A stretch of DNA of 64,000 nucleotides, taken from positions 27,559-91,558 of the forward strand of contig CAZDTP010000003.1 of the NCBI GenBank assembly GCA_964508365.1. The letters run 5' to 3'. Below the pieces are notes generated by a model. The model had not been told where the DNA came from, did not search any database, and saw nothing but the letters and a program-made list of their open reading frames with translations. This DNA comes from an uncultured archaeon. Lineage in GTDB: Archaea; Asgardarchaeota; Lokiarchaeia; Sigyniarchaeales; SOKP01. A program made the position numbers and the translations under genes. Positions 1-8,622 of this stretch are shown in pieces (position 1 is the first letter of the stretch; each line of letters starts with the position of its first letter).

Positions 1-54
1 CTAAATAACTAAAATTTAGTGAAAAAATTAAAGAAAATAAAAAAAATTGTATTA

Positions 55-1080
55 TTATTTATATTTCTGTATCTTAACAATGTTATAGATGTTTTCAATC
101 GTTGTTAGGCATGTAATCGCGATGATAAAAGCCAAAATTCCTCTATACAAGCCATAATACTCTACAGAAATCCCAACATGTATCCATGGTTCTGAAAACC
201 ATGGAAAAATTTCAGGACGATTCATTAAGATACCAAATAGTGGGATTGCTGAAAGTTTGAGAGGGATCAATAATGCGTGCAATACCTGGTGCGTCGCAGG
301 TCGACGATTACCAATTATTCCCCGAGATATATCTAAAGAACCTTCGAGCATTGCAATTACTCCATAAATTCTTAGAAGATTTAAGAAATCTGGAAAAAAC
401 ATGTATGTAGGAAAAGGTTGGGATAAAAGCACGATACCAAATATCAAAGCGATGCCTCCACCAACAATAGTTTCTCCAGGTTTAATGAAAGGTTTCAAGG
501 ATTGCTTTAGAGTTTTAGAAGGAATGCCTCCTTCCTCAAGTTCTTGTTCCCTTAATTGTTTCATTAGTTTTTGCTCTTTTTCGGACTTAAAATCTTCGGG
601 AAAGTATCCTTCCATGGATAAAGCTACGAATATTACAGTAACAATTGCAAAAGCAAGGAGAAGTCCCGTTTGAATTCCATTAAAAAGACCTCCTATTAAT
701 GTTTCAAAAGAACCACCTCCAGTGAAAAAAGTCACTATTAACCCAATTATAACCAAGGTAACAATAACAGCAAAAACTGCTCCCAACGCTTTCGTGTAAT
801 ATGGGAAAAGTTCTTTCGTTATATAGTATTTAGGCTCTCCACGCCGTTTATATTCTTTGGCAATAGTTTGTGGAGTGCCCATATGATCTATTGCTAGATT
901 AACAGATTTTCCGTCTGGTTCACCCGTTTCTGATAATTCTGCTGCTTTACTCCATATGTGATCTTCTAAATCAGCCAAGATTTCCTTATGTTCTTTCTTT
1001 CCTTTAAGCCATTCGGGAAGACTCTTCTCAACTTCTTTTAAATATTCTCTAACAGAATAATTCATATTGTTTTCATTCAT
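55..1080 (-). CDS. PadR-associated membrane protein (DUF1700/HAAS-like N-terminal domain, multi-pass TM)
   Basis: 341-aa ORF. The N-terminus (REYLKEVEKSLPEWLKGKKEHKEILADLEDHIW) resembles the helical DUF1700/HAAS module that accompanies PadR regulators, and several long hydrophobic helices follow. Its ATG overlaps the stop of the upstream PadR gene (1073-1080). Confidence 0.5.
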   Translation of the reverse strand: MNENNMNYSVREYLKEVEKSLPEWLKGKKEHKEILADLEDHIWSKAAELSETGEPDGKSVNLAIDHMGTPQTIAKEYKRRGEPKYYITKELFPYYTKALGAVFAVIVTLVIIGLIVTFFTGGGSFETLIGGLFNGIQTGLLLAFAIVTVIFVALSMEGYFPEDFKSEKEQKLMKQLREQELEEGGIPSKTLKQSLKPFIKPGETIVGGGIALIFGIVLLSQPFPTYMFFPDFLNLLRIYGVIAMLEGSLDISRGIIGNRRPATHQVLHALLIPLKLSAIPLFGILMNRPEIFPWFSEPWIHVGISVEYYGLYRGILAFIIAITCLTTIENIYNIVKIQKYK

Positions 1081-1594
1081 TTTTTAAGCCTCTTTTATTT
1101 AATTCTTCTTCTATATTGTGCCCACATATATCGCAAAACCTTGCTTCGAAATTTTGTAAATCAATCTTATTTGCGCATGCTGGGCAATATATATATTTGT
1201 TTTGTTTTAAATGAACACTAACATCGAATAATGGTGCGATTTCTTCAGTGAGTATTGAATAAAACCCTGATAAATAGTTATATATTTTCTCCCCATAAGT
1301 TGTAATGTAGTAGAATTTTCTCTTTCTTCCTTCCTTCTCTCTTTTAGATGTTATTATTCTATCGTCTTCAAGCTTTCTTAAAATAGGATAAAGCGTGCCT
1401 TCTTCAATAACTAGTTTTTTATGTGTTTGTTCTAGAAGATCTTTTGAGATTTGATATCCATATACACCGTCTTCTCCATATTGATTGATAATGGATAGTA
1501 TACTGAGCGTTGAAATGCCTCGATTTATTTCGGATTCAAACTTAGAAGCATACTCTTGAAATTCAGTGTCCATTCCTTCCACTTTTTTTATCAA
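1073..1594 (-). CDS. PadR-family winged-helix transcriptional regulator with C-terminal four-Cys zinc ribbon
   Basis: YGYQISKDL...GTLYPILRKLEDDRIITSKREKEGRKRKFYYITTYGEKIY matches the PadR wHTH signature. The C-terminus carries CPAC-x13-CDIC. Confidence 0.75.
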   Translation of the reverse strand: MIKKVEGMDTEFQEYASKFESEINRGISTLSILSIINQYGEDGVYGYQISKDLLEQTHKKLVIEEGTLYPILRKLEDDRIITSKREKEGRKRKFYYITTYGEKIYNYLSGFYSILTEEIAPLFDVSVHLKQNKYIYCPACANKIDLQNFEARFCDICGHNIEEELNKRGLKNE

Positions 1595-1655
1595 TTTTTG
1601 TGGTAATAAATAAAAATTTATTACTCAGCAAGTTTTCTAACGAATTAGAATAACG

Positions 1656-2486
1656 ATGGATTTATCTAAGAATCTGAACGGTAAGCTTGAGAGTCTCACT
1701 TCCTTCTTAAAAAATAAAAAAGTAATAGTTGCATTTTCTGGAGGAGTTGACAGCAGTCTATTGGCGTTTCTTTCAATTAAATACGCTGAAAAAGCATTAC
1801 TTGTAACTGAAAAATCAATCCTCTATCCTGACGATGAGATTCAATTAACTAGTGAGTTTGCAAAAAAATATGACATAAATCATTTGATAATTGAGCGAGA
1901 TCCCTTAAAAGATAAGAATTTTAGAGTTAATCCTAAAAATCGGTGTTACATTTGTAAAACAGGCTTATATAAGGACATCATAAAAATTAAGGAAGAAAGG
2001 AATTATGATTTAATATTAGATGGATCAAATATAGACGATTTATCAGATTATAGACCAGGAATGCAAGCAGTGAAAGAATTAAATATTACTACTCCTTATA
2101 TAGATTTCAAAATAAACAAACAAGAGATTAGAGAGATATGCAAATACTTTAATTTAGAAGTGCAATCGAAACCTTCGATGGCGTGTTTTTCATCGCGTAT
2201 ACCTTATGATCAAGATATCAACAAGGAAAAATTAGATATGATTAGAGACGCTGAGAATTTCTTGAAAAACACGTACAATTTAAAACAATTACGAGTTAGA
2301 CTTCACGAAGGAAAACTAGCACGAATCGAACTAATGCCCCAAGACATTATAAAGGTTATGACTAATGATAACATCAAAAAGATTAAAGCTAAATTGAAGC
2401 AATTAGGATTTTGCTACATTACGGTTGATTTAGAAGGATTTAGGTCCGGATCATTAAACGAAGTTCTCGATCTTAATGAAGATTAA
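1656..2486 (+). CDS. PP-loop ATP pyrophosphatase, LarE/TIGR00268-like (sulfur-transferase family)
   Basis: PP-loop motif VAFSGGVDSSLLAF is present. Family-typical CYICK and SMACFSSRIPY motifs lie downstream. 276 aa is the usual size for the family. Confidence 0.75.
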   Translation: MDLSKNLNGKLESLTSFLKNKKVIVAFSGGVDSSLLAFLSIKYAEKALLVTEKSILYPDDEIQLTSEFAKKYDINHLIIERDPLKDKNFRVNPKNRCYICKTGLYKDIIKIKEERNYDLILDGSNIDDLSDYRPGMQAVKELNITTPYIDFKINKQEIREICKYFNLEVQSKPSMACFSSRIPYDQDINKEKLDMIRDAENFLKNTYNLKQLRVRLHEGKLARIELMPQDIIKVMTNDNIKKIKAKLKQLGFCYITVDLEGFRSGSLNEVLDLNED

Positions 2487-3334
2487 TTTTTAATATAATC
2501 AATAATTTTTTGTCTCTTTTTCAGAGCCTCTGAAGCTGCCTTTTCTATTTGTTTTTCCATTTCTAGCTTCTGGTCTGGAGAATCCTCTCCAATTACTTGT
2601 TTAATTTTTGTATAAGCAGATTCTCGAAATTGAGGGAGGATTGATTTTTTTTCTTCCCCCTTGAAAATCATGTTTACTTGATTAGAACTGTCGACATAGC
2701 CGATTTCAGCACATTTAATATTTTGGGTTGCCAAATCACGAATGATCTGTTCCGATATACTTTCGGAGCAATAAATTAGGAGTGCATCTAGAGATACTCC
2801 TAAATAATCGACTCCCACTTTAACTAATAATTCTAGCACTGCGGGATTAACAAGTTCTCTTACGCGCGGTTCATAGATTGTTACGCCCGATTTAGATTCG
2901 TAGTTTATTTCATATAAATCTCCTCTAAGACCCCCATTTGTTACATCGCACATAGCCCTAATGTCTTTAAGATATTCTTTTTTTAATAGGATATTACAAG
3001 CTTCAAGGAATTTAATGTTCATAGTCTCTTTTACGGCATCATGATTTCCCGAATATATTGCTGTAGTGGTTATAGTTCCACCTCCCGCACCTTCAGTCAT
3101 CAATATTTTATCTCCAACTTGAATATTGCGCCTTGCTAATAATTTGTTTCGAGCAACTCCAACCGCACTAATTCCACCTACTAATCTATTGCCAATAACC
3201 ATGTCTCCTCCTATTCTTAATGTGGAGCCTGCGGTTATTGGTACTCCTGATAATTCGGCAACTGTAGAAATACCGGCCATAAAATCAAATAATTTTCCTA
3301 CATCAGCGTCGTCGCCTAAATGAACATCAATCAT
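2483..3334 (-). CDS. AIR-synthase (PurM/ThiL/HypE/SelD superfamily)-related protein, portion downstream of an in-frame TGA
   Basis: MIDVHLGDDADV...GVPITAGSTLRIGG and the C-terminal domain are PurM-superfamily-like. It is in the same reading frame as ORF 3395-3889, separated only by TGA at 3395-3397 plus 20 sense codons (SVSRAALRDLYVKGAKPISI). Confidence 0.7.
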   Translation of the reverse strand: MIDVHLGDDADVGKLFDFMAGISTVAELSGVPITAGSTLRIGGDMVIGNRLVGGISAVGVARNKLLARRNIQVGDKILMTEGAGGGTITTTAIYSGNHDAVKETMNIKFLEACNILLKKEYLKDIRAMCDVTNGGLRGDLYEINYESKSGVTIYEPRVRELVNPAVLELLVKVGVDYLGVSLDALLIYCSESISEQIIRDLATQNIKCAEIGYVDSSNQVNMIFKGEEKKSILPQFRESAYTKIKQVIGEDSPDQKLEMEKQIEKAASEALKKRQKIIDYIKN

Positions 3335-3394
3335 AATAGATATTGGTTTAGCACCTTTTACATAGAGATCTCGTAGTGCGGCTCTCGATACGCT

Positions 3395-3889
3395 TCATGC
3401 AAACGCTTTACATGAAATTACGTGAAAACCACATAAGAATGGAAAGTCACTTAATCGACTATGGATTCCCTCCATTTTAGATACAATAATTAAATCATCG
3501 TCTGCTTTAAATCCTTCAATATCACTAATTTTCACAGCACCAGCATCATCCAAAGAACTAGGTTGCAAATATGCTTTTTTCTCTGTTTCAGACAACTTTG
3601 CAATGAGTTTATGAACAAAATAGTCGCCTGCTCCTCTACAACCCACTCCTTGTTTTCCAACAGTCACATTTGCCTTATTAATCTCCAACAAATATCTCAT
3701 AAAAGGATCTGAAACAATTTTTATATCACTCCTTTTACATTCTTCATAAATTGCAGTAGCAAGAGGAGTTGCGGACTCTTTTCCGATGTCTTTAAAATCC
3801 ATATATTCGTTAACAAGCCGTACAATAATTTCTTCCTTTGTTAAACCCTTTTTCATTAATTTTCTAGTTAAACCTTCTAAATCACTCAA
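3395..3889 (-). CDS. AIR-synthase-related protein, N-terminal portion (ends at in-frame TGA)
   Basis: GVGCRGAGDYFVHKLIA and SSLDDAGAV (the DDAAV-type motif of PurM N-domains) are present. The frame continues into 2483-3334 across the TGA. Confidence 0.65.
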   Translation of the reverse strand: MSDLEGLTRKLMKKGLTKEEIIVRLVNEYMDFKDIGKESATPLATAIYEECKRSDIKIVSDPFMRYLLEINKANVTVGKQGVGCRGAGDYFVHKLIAKLSETEKKAYLQPSSLDDAGAVKISDIEGFKADDDLIIVSKMEGIHSRLSDFPFLCGFHVISCKAFA

Positions 3890-4604
3890 TTATAAAACCT
3901 TTTGTATATAAATCAATCTATGTTAATTTATTGAATAAAGAGATTATAAAATATATTACCCTATCACATCTCTTTTTTTGGGAAAGTTTCTCTTATTACT
4001 TATACTTCTATAAGTTAAAAAGAATATTGCTCGATCAAAATATGTTTGATAATTTTGAAGTAGTTACATAGTGAAAGTTAAGACATCTTCATTTGTAAAA
4101 CTATTTATTATCTTTTTGGTTAAAACTGAATTTATTATAATTATTATGAGGGTGATTACAAAAATAATTATTTTAATCAACTTCTTTTTTTTTGACAAGG
4201 AAACTCAATTCCAAGATTACATTTGTTGGTATCCCAAATCAGTTAAGGAAATTATTAAAAAAATTATTTGAGAGTCTTTTTTTGATAAATTAAGCCATTT
4301 CTAATTCTCTTTATTTTTTTCCAAAAAAATAAATATTATAATTGTTTTTAATGATACAGATATAGAAATGATTTGATATCCTTAAATCTCAATTGTTACT
4401 TTAAATTAACCTGAATATCAAATGAGATATTCAAACGGAAATAAAATATAATAACTGTTGTTTTATCGTTAGGGTTTTTTAATTTATTTATTCAACTTGG
4501 TTAATTTAACGAAATAATTAATTATAGATTAAAAAATGATAAGAGGTTAATATCAACATTAGAATTTCTTGTAAAAATAGAAAAGATAATTTAATGGTGG
4601 TGAA

Positions 4605-4871
4605 ATGACCAAAAAAGAAAATTTTATAAAAAGAGTATATGATATTGCAACAGAATTAAAGCTTCCTTTGATGGATGAAAGAGTTCAAGATGATGTAAAT
4701 TTTAAAACAAATAAAGCGATTGCCACAGTAAAATTCTCCTTTGAGGAAGATGAAGCTGTAATACGAGGTTTTCTAGGATTAGCCGAATATTTCCACACAG
4801 TCATTATTAAGCGAAAAGATAAATTTTACATTCCCGATGACCATAAATTGTTTATATTAGAAAGTGGCTAA
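4605..4871 (+). CDS. hypothetical small protein
   Basis: 88-aa ORF with balanced composition, preceded by GGTGGTGA 4 nt upstream of the ATG. I recognise no motif. Confidence 0.35.
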   Translation: MTKKENFIKRVYDIATELKLPLMDERVQDDVNFKTNKAIATVKFSFEEDEAVIRGFLGLAEYFHTVIIKRKDKFYIPDDHKLFILESG

Positions 4872-4909
4872 ATCAAAATTTATAAAATTAGGAATATGTA
4901 AAGAAAATC

Positions 4910-5182
4910 GTGAATAAAATGCATAAATATTTTTGTAAAAAATGTAAAAAAAATCATTATCGAGGTAAAATCTATAAAGATCATTTGGTTTACAAAAGAA
5001 ATGAATTTATTAATGATATAAATCCTGAAATTGATTATATAAAAGTAGATCTCGACACATTAAGACCCATTGCCAAACGCCAGTTACGTAAGTTATTAAA
5101 AAAAGTGAAGTCATCTGACAATCATGAGCTTTATAGAAATGAAATTATTAAATTAATAGAATATGAAAATAGGAAAAGTTAA
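4910..5182 (+). CDS. small basic Cys/His protein translationally coupled to TBP
   Basis: 90-aa ORF (GTG start; an internal ATG at codon 4 gives MHKYFCKKCKKNHYRGKIYKDH). Its stop overlaps the TBP start in a TAATG. Confidence 0.4.
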   Translation: MNKMHKYFCKKCKKNHYRGKIYKDHLVYKRNEFINDINPEIDYIKVDLDTLRPIAKRQLRKLLKKVKSSDNHELYRNEIIKLIEYENRKS

Positions 5183-5805
5183 TGTCAAATATTAATAATA
5201 ATCAAAAAATAAGTGAAGTTCTATTAGATTATAAAATAAATAATATTGTTGCTACAGTAAAATTAAATCTTAATAAAAAAATAGATCTTACTGAATTAGC
5301 GCAGAAATTATGTAATACTGAATATAATCCTAAGAGATTTCCTGGAGTCATACATAGGCAAGAAAAACCTCGAGCTACATTTTTAATTTTTTCTACTGGT
5401 AAAATGGTTGTTACAGGGCTTGAAATTTTGGAAGATGTAGAGAAAGCTGTTAGAAAATTATTAAAAAAAATTAAAAAGGCTGGGATTAAACCATCTAATC
5501 TCATAATTGTTATTGAAAATATTGTAGCCAATGGTGATTTGCATACACTTATAAATTTGAATAAAGCAGTTTTACTGATGGATTTTGTTATGTACGAACC
5601 GGAAGTCTTTCCAGGATTAATTTATTATATGAAAAATCCCCGAGCAGTATTTCTATTATTTTCTACGGGTAAATTTGTTTGTACAGGAATAAAGGAGAAG
5701 AAAAATTTGAAAAAAGCTGTTTCAAAGTTAAAGCGAGAGATTAATAATTTAGCTGTAACCAGTGAAGAAGCTATCGAAGATGAGTTTGAATTAACATTTC
5801 TATAA
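5182..5805 (+). CDS. tbp: TATA-box binding protein
   Basis: Two direct TBP repeats: NIVATVKL...RFPGVIHRQEKPRATFLIFSTGKMVVTG and NIVANGDL...VFPGLIYYMKNPRAVFLLFSTGKFVCTG. Confidence 0.95.
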   Translation: MSNINNNQKISEVLLDYKINNIVATVKLNLNKKIDLTELAQKLCNTEYNPKRFPGVIHRQEKPRATFLIFSTGKMVVTGLEILEDVEKAVRKLLKKIKKAGIKPSNLIIVIENIVANGDLHTLINLNKAVLLMDFVMYEPEVFPGLIYYMKNPRAVFLLFSTGKFVCTGIKEKKNLKKAVSKLKREINNLAVTSEEAIEDEFELTFL

Positions 5806-5845
5806 AAAAATCAGTATGTATAAAAGAAGTGAAAATTAATTTAAA

Positions 5846-6061
5846 ATGGTTGAATTTTGTGAAAATTGTGGTGGAATAATGCTTCCATTTAAAGATTTAG
5901 GTGAAATTATTCTTGTATGTACTTCATGTGCTAAAATTAAACCATTAGAGGAAGAGGTTATCGAATCTTATAAATTTAATACTGAGATTTATCATCCACC
6001 AGGGGAAGAATTTAAAAATCTTGAGAATATGAAAGATTGGAAAAAAAAATTCACTCAATAA
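5846..6061 (+). CDS. small zinc-ribbon protein (Rpb9/TFS N-terminal-ribbon-like)
   Basis: FCENCGGIMLP...LVCTSCAKI forms CxxC-x17-CxxC at the N-terminus, in the style of archaeal RpoM/TFS N-ribbons. It lies immediately downstream of tbp. Confidence 0.45.
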   Translation: MVEFCENCGGIMLPFKDLGEIILVCTSCAKIKPLEEEVIESYKFNTEIYHPPGEEFKNLENMKDWKKKFTQ

Positions 6062-6108
6062 ATTCCCCAATTATCCACAAAAATTATAGAATAATCAAAA
6101 ACTTATAA

Positions 6109-6318
6109 GTGGTGAAAATTTTAACAGATAAAAATATTTTAAAAAGTAGAAGAGAAGAGTTGAAGATTAGAATTATCTCAAGGATTAAAAAGCGTTCTAA
6201 AAAGAAAAATGTTTTAAATGAGATATCAAAAGACATAGAAAAAACTGAACTCGAACCTGAAGATCTAATTTTAATAGATTATATTGACAAAAAAATATCA
6301 AAATCAATAGGTTTTTGA
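6109..6318 (+). CDS. hypothetical Lys-rich small protein
   Basis: 69-aa ORF with a GTG start and no recognisable motif. It may be spurious in AT-rich DNA. Confidence 0.2.
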   Translation: MVKILTDKNILKSRREELKIRIISRIKKRSKKKNVLNEISKDIEKTELEPEDLILIDYIDKKISKSIGF

Positions 6319-6524
6319 ATTTTAAGTAAAACAGTGGGAATAATCTGGATAAGAACTAAAAATTATTCGATTAAATTCTAAATATTATAATCTAATTCAT
6401 TTTTTCTACTTACCAGCAAATATCTTTCTGTTTATTACATTTAATTTTTTCTTTAAAGTCTTGATTTATTCCTTTTTGAATTTTTCAAAAATTCACGATT
6501 TGATATTTTTCGTTATTCTTTAAA

Positions 6525-7160
6525 TTAAAAATTATTTAATGCTTTATTTAATATGATAATATTAGACTTTGGATAATATTTTGAATAATCTAATATTTTT
6601 TCTTTTGAAGTTCCATCCAACAATTTGGAGAGTTCAATCAATATTCTATTTTCATTTCTATGAGTATAATCCCATAAATAAAGTAAATCTAAAATTGTTT
6701 TTTCAAGGTCTGAATATTTAACTTTTCCATTTATAATTCCGAAATTGAAGAGACCGTCTTGAAACCTGATAAACCTATAATTTTTACCTAAAATCTTTAT
6801 TGGTTTGTTTCTAAAAATTCGGTTATTTATAAGATAACAGTATTTATTCTGATGGTTATAGTCGATTTCATTAAGTTTTAATGCAGTAAATAGACCATAA
6901 TACCAATTATGAATATTCTTCAGTTTTAATGCTTTTGCTATAAGTTCTGAGATTGGAGGGTTTACTATATTTTGGATAATTTCATTAGATGTTTTTACAT
7001 AATATATATCATCTAAGATCTTTATCAAAAATTTACGAGATATTAAATAATTGCATTTAATCCTATAATTCAAATACAACTCTTTACAATAGTTTTTCAA
7101 TTCATCTAAACTAATAAGTTCTTTCTTTTCTTCCCTAATTTTCTTAAGAATTCGATTCAT
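6525..7160 (-). CDS. hypothetical protein, AbiEi-antitoxin-like architecture
   Basis: It has an N-terminal wHTH-like segment. YYGLFTALKLNEI and KYSDLEKTILDLLY resemble the AbiEi family (Y.SlesAL..hgl / s.Ek.llDll). This is weak similarity by eye only. Confidence 0.3.
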   Translation of the reverse strand: MNRILKKIREEKKELISLDELKNYCKELYLNYRIKCNYLISRKFLIKILDDIYYVKTSNEIIQNIVNPPISELIAKALKLKNIHNWYYGLFTALKLNEIDYNHQNKYCYLINNRIFRNKPIKILGKNYRFIRFQDGLFNFGIINGKVKYSDLEKTILDLLYLWDYTHRNENRILIELSKLLDGTSKEKILDYSKYYPKSNIIILNKALNNF

Positions 7161-7263
7161 AAATCATTCAAGGATATATAATTACAAATTAATATAAAAC
7201 ACACACACATTTAGTACAGTATCTATATAAGATGCCTCAACATTTATGCCTTTTCAGTAAAGA

Positions 7264-7851
7264 TTAGATATATTTTTTGTTACTCATATAAAAGCTAAAT
7301 TGGATTGAACCATTTATATTTTTTATTGAAAACTCTTTTTCTAAGAGTGGTTTTATATTCCTCAATAAGCTAGATTTAACTCGTTTATAATTCTGAGTAT
7401 AATTAATGATGCATAGTATTCCGTATTGATGTAGATAATATTTATATAAAAACTTGATAGAAAGATATCTTTTCTTTTTACTTAGTCGAGAATAAATTTT
7501 GTTAGCAATAACCATATCAAACTTACCATTATAAAAGATAAAATCATGAAGTGATACCCCTTTAGAAACATCGAGAAGATAAGTAGAATAATTTTTATGT
7601 TTCTTAAAATAATTTTTAAAGGATTCTAAAATCTTTTCTGATTTATTCGCAATAAAAAATTGCGAATCAGGAGAAATCTTATGTATTTGGGGATAAATTT
7701 CTATTAAAGATTCTCCAATTATCAAAATCTTATTCAATTTTCTATTTTGTTCTTGAGTTAAACCTTTAATCAGATTTGTTAATACTTGATATTCTCCAGA
7801 TTCAGTTGACTTTAAGTTATTGCGATTATAATTACTAATTTCTGTTTTCAC
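7264..7851 (-). CDS. hypothetical protein, possible Rossmann/methyltransferase-like fold
   Basis: 195-aa ORF. KILIIGESLIE ... FDMVIAN is loosely like class-I MTase motifs I and post-I, but degenerate. Confidence 0.3.
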   Translation of the reverse strand: MKTEISNYNRNNLKSTESGEYQVLTNLIKGLTQEQNRKLNKILIIGESLIEIYPQIHKISPDSQFFIANKSEKILESFKNYFKKHKNYSTYLLDVSKGVSLHDFIFYNGKFDMVIANKIYSRLSKKKRYLSIKFLYKYYLHQYGILCIINYTQNYKRVKSSLLRNIKPLLEKEFSIKNINGSIQFSFYMSNKKYI

Positions 7852-7880
7852 CTCTTTAAAATATGTATTTTACTTAGTAT

Positions 7881-8306
7881 CTAATAAAAAGGGAATCTAT
7901 TTCTTCTGTCTTTCTGAGAAGGTAACAATTTTTGGGAAATATCTTTATCTATTAGTCCTTCTATATGGCATAAATATTCGTATTCTTCTTTCAAAACTAA
8001 AGAAATTGCAATTCCATTTTTATTCATTCGAGATGTTCTGCCTATACGATGAACATAATTTTCTGGATAGTGTGGGATATCATAGTTAAAAACATGAGAT
8101 ATATTTTCTATGTCTAATCCTCTAGCAGCAACATCTGTAGCAATAAGCATATTAATCTTGTTTTTTTTGAAATTCTTTAAAACATTCTCCCTTTTATGTT
8201 GAGATAACTCTCCTGAAATTAATCCAATTTTATAAAATCTATTAAAGAAAGAATTGTTTAACATCTTGAACAACCATTTTCCTGTTTTTTTTGTATTCAC
8301 AAACAC
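7881..8306 (-). pseudogene. DEAD-box RNA helicase, C-terminal RecA2 domain only (N-terminal DEAD domain missing)
   Basis: FVNTKKTG...GELSQHKRENVLKNFKKNKINMLIATDVAARGLDIENISHVFNYDIPHYPENYVHRIGRTSR covers helicase motifs IV-VI. The helicase frame hits a stop 8 codons upstream of the GTG start, and no Q/I/II (DEAD) motifs exist upstream. Confidence 0.7.
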
Positions 8307-8599
8307 AAGAGAAAATTTATTAATTCCTCAATTTTCCAATCGAAATTATCATATTGCTTATTAATTCTCTTTTTTATGTTCCCAATCTCAGAATTGAGCT
8401 TTGTTTCAATATTTACAGATATACATTTAGGATTTACAACAATAAAGTCTAATAGCTCCTTTTTATTCAACTTTTTCCATTTCTCAACATCTTCTCTATT
8501 GACATAAATGTCATACCCCGTGCGACAACACTCTCCACACATCGCACATTTAAAATAACTGAAAGAAAAATCTTTTGCTCTTCTTTTCGGATAACTCAT
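8297..8599 (-). CDS. YkgJ/CxxCxxCC-type cysteine-cluster protein (possibly truncated)
   Basis: FKCAMCGECCRTGYDIYVNREDVEKW matches the CxxCxxCC zinc/iron-chelating domain N-terminus. The expected C-terminal Cys pair is absent, and the ORF runs into the helicase fragment with a 10-nt overlap. Confidence 0.45.
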   Translation of the reverse strand: MSYPKRRAKDFSFSYFKCAMCGECCRTGYDIYVNREDVEKWKKLNKKELLDFIVVNPKCISVNIETKLNSEIGNIKKRINKQYDNFDWKIEELINFLLCL

Positions 8600-8622
8600 C
8601 TTAACTCACCTGTCAAATTCTT

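Noticed and set aside
401-673. Antisense ORFs nested inside larger, motif-supported genes. Examples: 401-673, 3126-3323, 5229-5531, 15324-15572, 16978-17301, 17086-17280, 21375-21608, 22155-22346, 25083-25304, 29115-29333, 31735-31941, 35970-36239, 36020-36232, 37405-37605, 39180-39362, 42043-42225, 43664-43876, 43946-44137, 46042-46323, 46113-46304, 48319-48516, 49029-49552, 49912-50238, 52532-52885, 55845-56060, 57583-57828, 58147-58353, 58716-58937, 60276-60470 and 63041-63253.
   Set aside because: Each lies fully within, or opposite to, a gene with clear family motifs. Their translations are low-complexity (Ser/Leu/Phe/Ile-rich) with no motifs, which is typical of shadow ORFs.
4071-4271. 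A 66-aa ORF in the 715-bp intergenic region 3890-4604. The same applies to 17965-18150 and 63620-63907.
   Set aside because: The composition is Ile/Phe/Lys-dominated, as expected from random AT-rich DNA. There is no motif and no coupling to neighbours.
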